Below, piece by piece: positions 1 to 6,860 of a stretch of DNA of 11,604 nt; position 1 is the first letter of the stretch; every line of letters starts with the position of its first letter. The DNA is from Trichoplax adhaerens (lineage: Eukaryota; Animalia; Placozoa), in the NCBI RefSeq assembly GCF_000150275.1, contig NW_002060975.1:4974-16577 (forward strand), given 5' to 3'. Under the pieces are notes generated by a model. The model saw only the letters and a list, made by a program, of their open reading frames with translations, had not been told where the DNA came from and made no database searches. The position numbers and the translations under genes are program-made.

Positions 1-14
1 TCCATTTAAATACT

Positions 15-72
15 TATCAATCTGTTCATTCTATATCTATCACTATCAATCTGTTCATTCTATATCTATAAC
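15..72 (+). repeat. Two-copy 29-bp tandem repeat (intronic)
   Basis: tatcaatctgttcattctatatctat(c/a)ac at 15-43 and 44-72. Confidence 0.9.
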
Positions 73-298
73 TATATATGCCTACAAGGACACACTAGGT
101 CATGCTTTGAATATTAAAATATAAAGCATTGCAAAATTGGACATCACTCAATTAACTTAACTTGGATATGCAGTATTCTACTCTACCCCAAAATTAAAAA
201 TAATTGGTGTTCAAACATGATTAATGCTCTAAATGTATAGCAATTTACTTTGTGTCTATTTCAATACGTTCTACGAACCGAAACCTGATTATACTTAC

Positions 299-735
299 TT
301 TTCTTCATCATATGTAAGTAATGATTTGTTATTCATTTCGCTTAAGTGAAGATCAGCCTCCCATTCTTCGCAGTCCCATAACGATGCAATAGATTGAATA
401 GGAATACTGACTCGCTTAAATACAGCTAGTTGCTCAAACAATTGTCTAATTTCATCATTTAAAGAATCAACACTTAATTGTAAAGTCCCGTATAGATTGA
501 AATCGTAACCAGCTAATTTAATTTTTATAGACTTTTTGGCAATGATATCCTTTGCTTTATTCCAGTCTTCATCAGTTTTTAAACGAAGACGACTAATTAA
601 AGATATGGCTAATGGTAAACCTTGACAACTGTCGATAACTTTCTTGACAACTTGATTATCACGCAATGTCTGAGCAGTATCTTTACCGGCAGGTAACGCA
701 AGCAGTTCTATAGCTTCATCATACGTTAGATCTTT
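299..735 (-). CDS. NB-ARC exon encoding helical domain 1 (GLPL) and winged-helix region
   Basis: Extends ORF 295..666 upstream to acceptor ctctcttgtatAG (737-736). Donor AA|GTAAGT at 298, so the ORF's TAA is intronic. Contains CQGLPLAI, LSVDSL, LAVF, LW and KSLL. Confidence 0.92.
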
Positions 736-2678
736 CTATACAAGAGAGTATATGAAATAAGAATTGCATTCATCATAAGTATTCAGATAGGTTACTTAAT
801 GACAAAATAGAGAAATCATAGCGGTGAAGTTTACTTCAACTATAACACTATACTCAATGCCACTTTAATCAATACAGTTGGAAAAAATTATAAATTCATT
901 TTTGACCATTTATTGCATGAAATGAACAATATCGCCAGAGCAATTCAACTGCATTGACGCTTATAACTATATTTTATCCAACATAAATTTGAACATGTGA
1001 AATTTGAAAGGAGAATCATGCAAAGTGGATTGATTAATCAAGAGAACATCGACATCAATATTTGCTGATTCCAAATTATACTGCAATATATAAGAAACTG
1101 AATTATAAAACTAACCGGTAAACGGATGCAGTGATGGTTGAGCCCATTTTCTTCATACTTAAATCGTGAAGTAGAGATTGACTTCTTGGCAAAAGATAAG
1201 TATTTGTAATGACTTTCTTTCCAGATATCGTCAAAAATAAATAGCGTATCGGATAGTTTGCTATTTTCTGTTATAAGAATAATCAAATACCTATTAATAC
1301 TGTACCTTAAATATAATTCAAGTTGATATAGAATTGCTTATTAAAGGCTCAAAAATCACCTTCTAGTCTTTTACTGAGATAAGCACAAATCTTGTCGATA
1401 GATTTAGTTTCCTCTTTCCATTCCATATCAAAGCTGATACATAATATCTCGAGTTTCTCGCATAACTCCGTATCAGATATATTGCCTAAATTAATATAAA
1501 TATGAATCACCATCGCTACTTTAAGCATAGCAGAGCAATTTAACGATCTTCAACAGCGCGTACATTTCAACAAAGTTAAGTTTAAAGGATCTAACAAATA
1601 TGTATCTCTTTTCCCATCGTATCTTGCATTTTAAAGCATTTTACTTTATTCGCTCTAGTATATAAAGGGATCATTAATAACATGATAATCCACTTATCGA
1701 TAATCCCTAAAGATCTAACCCTAACAAAATTATGGTTCGATTTCATGTTATCTCTCGACGCAATATTGCCTAAAAATAGTACACAATCATAATGCTTTCG
1801 ACTACTGGTTAAATATGGCCAAATTTTTTAAAAGGGAAAAATTTCACGGCGTCATGATTTTTAAATCAGGTTACAGTTATTAATTTGAATAGGAATTTAT
1901 AGTTGATTCTCATATACTAGAAAGTATACTTTACTGTACTATTAATTATAAATGGTCATCACTTTCAACGTCATTTAATGCGGTAAGGCAACTATTTTAC
2001 TATATCGTACTCTGTAATTACTTTTGCTACATTATTTTCACAGAAAGAAATGCTCTTATAATTATAATTGAACTACGAGTTAAAGTTATCTTACTAGAAG
2101 CTCCATAAATATTGAAAAATTAAAAACTATGATCATTACATGGTAGCCTACTTGATGGTATTTACTCATAAAATAAGGTTTGAACTTATTTATCTCTTGG
2201 CAATACTTTTATCGATTCCATAAGAACAATGTTCTCATCTCGTACTTCTTATAATTCTTCTAATGATACTAGCAAATGCTTTCGATCCGAAGGAGATAAG
2301 GGACTGGCGGGGTAAGCTTATGCTCTACTCCAAATTCGAATTGATCAATTTTACAGATACATTGTATGGATAATTGTACAGTAATAGTCGCCCAAATACA
2401 TTACTTATTAATACATGAAATATCATCTGTAAGACTTGCAAACTTACCGATTTTCATCCAGTAGCAGCCATTTGATTTAAATAAGCCCATATCAGCAATA
2501 GCTTGTCTAACAGACTGGCAAACAGTTGTTGTTTTACCACTACCAGCCATACCATGTATTAAAATTTGACCATTTGACTTGTCTATTTCCTGTAATTGAG
2601 TACAAATGTCGTTTACAGATTTCTTCCTTATAACGTAGCGTCTCTCTGGAGTTAGAGGAAGCTGTCGAAGAGGAATTT
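299..2678 (-). CDS. Spliced Apaf-1/CED-4-like NB-ARC (AP-ATPase, STAND) protein, partial; join(2678..2448,1485..1360,1267..1116,735..299), continues outside the window
   Basis: Manual splicing at GT/AG sites gives one open frame: IPLRQLPLTPERRYVIRKKSVNDICTQLQEIDKSNGQILIHGMAGSGKT...CYWMKIG|NISDTELCEKL...KRLE|ENSKLSDTLFIFDDIW...ISTSR...IRLP|KDLTYDEAIELL...CQGLPLAI...LQLSVDSL...LAVF...LW...KSLL. All intron phases match (1,1,0). Motif order matches the Apaf-1 NB-ARC domain. Orthology to APAF1 is not established, so no symbol is given. Confidence 0.92.
1116..1267 (-). CDS. NB-ARC exon with Walker B (LFIFDDIW) and sensor-1 (ISTSR)
   Basis: Lies inside ORF 1038..1286. Acceptor ttcttataacAG (1269-1268), donor CCG|GTTAGT (1115). 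152 nt, phase 1 to 0. Confidence 0.88.
1360..1485 (-). CDS. NB-ARC internal exon (NISDTELCEKLEILCISFDMEWKEETKSIDKICAYLSKRLE)
   Basis: Acceptor attaatttAG (1487-1486), donor AG|GTGATT (1359). 126 nt, phase 1-1, open, and links the Walker A exon to the Walker B exon. Confidence 0.85.
2448..2678 (-). CDS. NB-ARC exon with P-loop/Walker A (GMAGSGKT) and RNBS-A-like CYW motif
   Basis: Acceptor ttccacaattAG (2680-2679), donor G|GTAAGT (2447). 231 nt, phase 1-1, no stops. IHGMAGSGKT resembles Apaf-1 IHGMAGCGKS. Not in the supplied ORF track. Confidence 0.92.
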
Positions 2679-3137
2679 CTAATTGTGGAATGAATTATGT
2701 AGAATGGAGAATTTAATAAATTGGAAAGGACATGTCACAATTGCCTTTCGTCTTTAGCGTTGAGCAAGAACGATTATTTTCGCACTATAAATGAAACTCA
2801 TAGTAAATGTTTATGAAATTAACGGTACAATAACTGGCATATTCAAAACTTGCACTGGATAAACACGACTAGTAAAACTCAACAAACAATATCCTTAATC
2901 TAGTAGCAAGAGCGTTTGAACGTCTAATGAATTTCTAAAGTGATTTTTGATATAAAAAGATAGGTTTTATCGCAGATTTAACGAACTGTCACTCACGCAA
3001 ACAAAACTGAATTGCGCGACATAAATAATTAGTAATAATCAATTAACAGCATTCTTGACATTATAATAGAGTACGCAACATTTTTGGAATGCTTTAGCGA
3101 AAGCTTATTATAACGCTTTTGAAATTTATATATGGCT

Positions 3138-3187
3138 NNNNNNNNNNNNNNNNNNNNNNNNNNNNNNNNNNNNNNNNNNNNNNNNNN
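3138..3187. other. Gap or masked sequence (50 N)
   Basis: N run. The round length suggests a placeholder for a gap of unknown size. Confidence 0.95.
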
Positions 3188-3201
3188 ACTAGCGACCCGT
3201 A

Positions 3202-3354
3202 TATTGTTTTAGTCAGTTATAGTTTAGTAATTCCTTGTGTTTTTCACCGTCTTCTTGGAAAGTTAACCATCTGTAATTAGTTAAAATTGACATTATCAAT
3301 TCTACTTTAATACCTTGAATAGTATCTATCAAAATCATTGTAATTAAGGGTAAA
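3202..3354 (+). repeat. Older diverged third copy of the 4701-4853 segment (exon-like unit plus upstream intron)
   Basis: Shares ttatagtttagtaattccttgtgttttt, ttctactttaataccttga and tcattgtaatt with 4701-4853 and about 11065-11217. The minus strand reads WLTFQEDGEKHKELLNYN* (3270-3213) after an intact acceptor. Confidence 0.9.
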
Positions 3355-3449
3355 GCCATCCAAAATATTATACAGGATGCACCTTGATCGATAATGGTGA
3401 TGATAATCCTATTTCTGCAATGTAGATTACATCTAGTAAATTATATTAC

Positions 3450-3601
3450 CTGTCTGTTTACCTCTGTCATAATGATGCTGGTTGGCCTCTTCATCTTCCG
3501 TACCGACAGCGATGGCTGATTGCAAGTTACGATGCAAGAAACATCGAGGATAATTACGCACGATAGAGTGAAGTCGTTGTCAATGCCTCTTTTCCATAAT
3601 C
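3450..3601 (-). pseudogene. Candidate upstream exon of the NB-ARC gene with a lesion near 3580; weak resemblance to the C-terminal helices of a CARD/death fold plus an acidic linker
   Basis: Acceptor aatatAG (3603-3602), donor CAG|GTAATA (3449). The 3' frame QRLHSIVRNYPRCFLHRNLQSAIAVGTEDEEANQHHYDRGKQT ends in phase 1, matching the Walker A exon, but has TGA at 3582-3580. Removing 1 nt gives DYGKEALQRLHSIVRN. Confidence 0.5.
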
Positions 3602-3975
3602 CTATATTTTCTCAATATAAGAAATTGAAAGAATTAAGTGCCACTAATGAGAGAATGAAATCAAATTGCGCAGAGTAGTGATATCAACACCTGCACTTGA
3701 TCTATATCGATCTATATCGTCTACATTCTGCATCAACAGAGCAATCACTGGGATGCTATTAGTGTAAGCCAATCGACGTGTAGTTAACAGTGCTTAGCGA
3801 TATTTTGGGGATGATTAGTTCATTCTGCATCTTCAATTGATGTAGTGTGGATAAATTGCCAATCAATATTGCAGCCTTACTTCTTTTAGTTATAGCAATA
3901 CTCAAAACAGGTTGTGGTAATGTCTACGGTTCATCTTCCATTCGAATTATATTAGTACTGTCATAACTTACTTAC

Positions 3976-4037
3976 CTTGTCCATGATATTGTAATAGAAA
4001 ATGTTTATCCCAATAATCTTCAAGCAGCTATTAATTC
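3976..4037 (-). CDS. Candidate small upstream exon; 5' boundary and frame uncertain
   Basis: Consensus donor AAG|GTAAGT (3975), also present in the duplicate. Acceptor ttcctgttAG (4039-4038) gives INSCLKIIGINIFYYNIMDK ending in phase 0. An alternative acceptor at 4029-4028 gives LLEDYWDKHFLLQYHGQ ending in phase 1. Confidence 0.4.
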
Positions 4038-4073
4038 CTAACAGGAATCATGGATGATTGTCCTATTTCTGCC

Positions 4074-4649
4074 NNNNNNNNNNNNNNNNNNNNNNNNNNN
4101 NNNNNNNNNNNNNNNNNNNNNNNNNNNNNNNNNNNNNNNNNNNNNNNNNNNNNNNNNNNNNNNNNNNNNNNNNNNNNNNNNNNNNNNNNNNNNNNNNNNN
4201 NNNNNNNNNNNNNNNNNNNNNNNNNNNNNNNNNNNNNNNNNNNNNNNNNNNNNNNNNNNNNNNNNNNNNNNNNNNNNNNNNNNNNNNNNNNNNNNNNNNN
4301 NNNNNNNNNNNNNNNNNNNNNNNNNNNNNNNNNNNNNNNNNNNNNNNNNNNNNNNNNNNNNNNNNNNNNNNNNNNNNNNNNNNNNNNNNNNNNNNNNNNN
4401 NNNNNNNNNNNNNNNNNNNNNNNNNNNNNNNNNNNNNNNNNNNNNNNNNNNNNNNNNNNNNNNNNNNNNNNNNNNNNNNNNNNNNNNNNNNNNNNNNNNN
4501 NNNNNNNNNNNNNNNNNNNNNNNNNNNNNNNNNNNNNNNNNNNNNNNNNNNNNNNNNNNNNNNNNNNNNNNNNNNNNNNNNNNNNNNNNNNNNNNNNNNN
4601 NNNNNNNNNNNNNNNNNNNNNNNNNNNNNNNNNNNNNNNNNNNNNNNNN
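4074..4649. other. Gap or masked sequence (576 N)
   Basis: N run. Confidence 0.95.
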
Positions 4650-4711
4650 GTATCTCATTCTGGCTTCTCTATCTTGTTCATCCAAAAATATCCACTCGTC
4701 TATTGTACTAG

Positions 4712-4769
4712 TCAATTATAGTTTAGTAATTCCTTGTGTTTTTGGTCATCCTCTTGGCAAGTTGAAGAT
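4712..4769 (-). CDS. Candidate exon segment SSTCQEDDQKHKELLNYN*, present in 3 copies
   Basis: Acceptor ttttaacttattacAG (4771-4770). Phase 2 start matches the phase 2 donor at 5144. Several synonymous differences between the copies fall in this frame. Confidence 0.45.
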
Positions 4770-5144
4770 CTGTAATAAGTTAAAACTGGCAATACTTATT
4801 CTACTTTAATACCTTGAGTAATGTCCATCAAGTCATTGTAATTTAGGGTAGAGTCTGCTATCAAAAATTTTGTAACATGCTTATATGCTTACATTATATA
4901 TTATATAACAGATATTTGTCTACAGTTCTACAAAACCTTTCATAATAATAACTACATTCTATGGAAAATGACAACTAGATATGCAGGTACTCGTGTTTAT
5001 CTTTACAATTGATTATGAACTTTAGCAAGTTGGCGAAATTTGGAATGATAGCTAATAAGGAAAAACGGACTGTATAAGTGACAGCAATTGATTTAATAAA
5101 GATCTTGAGTAACGTTAATTGAAGCGACTACAAAATGAAATTAC

Positions 5145-5350
5145 GTAATGATTTTAACCAAAACTTGGCCGTACTTGAGCAATTCCATTTTCAAACCAGT
5201 CATTAACTCATCACTATTTTTCAGCATGAAAGTCAACATGGTACAAAGTGTGAAACGATTGACTAGTGCTAGTAAACACCAGAAATGATGACCGTGCAGG
5301 GATAATCTAGGATATTCAGGATATTGTCCAGGGATAACACTCAGCAATAT
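5145..5350 (-). CDS. Candidate exon, product uncertain (possible degenerate TIR-like C-terminal half)
   Basis: Acceptor tgtgttttatAG (5352-5351), donor AC|GTAATT (5144). Corresponds to ORF 5141..5347. The duplicate differs by a 1-nt indel in a homopolymer run, so the true 5' frame is ambiguous. Confidence 0.4.
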
Positions 5351-5630
5351 CTATAAAACACACAGATTAACAAGTATAAGAGAAATTCAGTTCACAACCC
5401 AAAATGTCAACTATAGGTCTAATGGCGATAAAGGGACGATTATATTATGGCAATAATGTTAGGGTTTGCGTTTAAAATGACATCGATTAAGATTGCCTTA
5501 GCTGGTTGAAAGACTTACCTGCTAAGCAAGATGAGAATGCTAACACCCAACAATATCTGTCAAAAGTACTGATTAATAAGTATAAGAGAGAAATCTGTAG
5601 TATGGAAAAAGAAAGTGAGAAAGAAAAGAT

Positions 5631-5690
5631 GAAAAGATGTTTGATGGTTGAAAAGAAAAGAAAAGAAAAGAAAAGATGTTTGATGGTTGA
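5631..5690 (+). repeat. 21-bp direct repeat flanking a (GAAAA)5 microsatellite
   Basis: GAAAAGATGTTTGATGGTTGA at 5631-5651 and 5670-5690, with (GAAAA)5 at 5650-5674. Confidence 0.9.
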
Positions 5691-6005
5691 CTGCCATTTC
5701 ATGTGTGGATGGCAGTAGAAGAAGAGGAAGACCAAGTAGAGAGTCGGCGCTGCAAGCTACTGTGCAAAGTAGCTTGTCACCCTATAGAAGTAGGGATTGA
5801 CTCTACAGCGGACAATATTATAAGCAAGATATCAACCGAGTAACCTCACTTGGACTGAGAAAGTATGGCACAGGCACGCTGCTTACTGCATGCTCGCCAT
5901 CAACTTTTCTTGGCTCTAATTGAAATCACTAATTTACTTTGTAAACTGTGGATAGCAAGGTAAGAAACAGAATGAAAGCAGGCAATCTCGCCTTTGGGGT
6001 CGGGA

Positions 6006-6860
6006 NNNNNNNNNNNNNNNNNNNNNNNNNNNNNNNNNNNNNNNNNNNNNNNNNNNNNNNNNNNNNNNNNNNNNNNNNNNNNNNNNNNNNNNNNNNNNNN
6101 NNNNNNNNNNNNNNNNNNNNNNNNNNNNNNNNNNNNNNNNNNNNNNNNNNNNNNNNNNNNNNNNNNNNNNNNNNNNNNNNNNNNNNNNNNNNNNNNNNNN
6201 NNNNNNNNNNNNNNNNNNNNNNNNNNNNNNNNNNNNNNNNNNNNNNNNNNNNNNNNNNNNNNNNNNNNNNNNNNNNNNNNNNNNNNNNNNNNNNNNNNNN
6301 NNNNNNNNNNNNNNNNNNNNNNNNNNNNNNNNNNNNNNNNNNNNNNNNNNNNNNNNNNNNNNNNNNNNNNNNNNNNNNNNNNNNNNNNNNNNNNNNNNNN
6401 NNNNNNNNNNNNNNNNNNNNNNNNNNNNNNNNNNNNNNNNNNNNNNNNNNNNNNNNNNNNNNNNNNNNNNNNNNNNNNNNNNNNNNNNNNNNNNNNNNNN
6501 NNNNNNNNNNNNNNNNNNNNNNNNNNNNNNNNNNNNNNNNNNNNNNNNNNNNNNNNNNNNNNNNNNNNNNNNNNNNNNNNNNNNNNNNNNNNNNNNNNNN
6601 NNNNNNNNNNNNNNNNNNNNNNNNNNNNNNNNNNNNNNNNNNNNNNNNNNNNNNNNNNNNNNNNNNNNNNNNNNNNNNNNNNNNNNNNNNNNNNNNNNNN
6701 NNNNNNNNNNNNNNNNNNNNNNNNNNNNNNNNNNNNNNNNNNNNNNNNNNNNNNNNNNNNNNNNNNNNNNNNNNNNNNNNNNNNNNNNNNNNNNNNNNNN
6801 NNNNNNNNNNNNNNNNNNNNNNNNNNNNNNNNNNNNNNNNNNNNNNNNNNNNNNNNNNNN
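6006..6860. other. Gap or masked sequence (855 N)
   Basis: N run. Confidence 0.95.

Larger units (their letters stand above)
3644..5238 (+). repeat. Direct segmental repeat, copy 1 (interrupted by an N-gap)
   Basis: 3644-4073 aligns without gaps to 10236-10665 (7 substitutions in 430 nt by eye). 4650-5238 aligns to 11015-11604 with substitutions and small indels. Confidence 0.97.

Noticed and set aside
1038-1115. Hydrophobic C-terminal tail of ORF 1038..1286 as a transmembrane segment
   Set aside because: It lies after the splice donor at 1115 and is intronic read-through.
2728-2737. p53-like half-site GGACATGTCA near the P-loop exon
   Set aside because: Only one imperfect half-site with no partner, expected by chance.
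3580-3582. In-frame TGA as selenocysteine
   Set aside because: No redox motif context and no SECIS element identifiable in the window. A frameshift or nonsense lesion is simpler.
4038-4809. Four long ORFs spanning the first large N-run
   Set aside because: They are open only because N codons contain no stops. The copy 2 sequence has stops in the equivalent minus-strand frame.
5487-5735. Overlapping ORFs on both strands (K/E/R-rich and F/S-rich)
   Set aside because: Explained by low-complexity GAAAA repeats; no recognisable motif.
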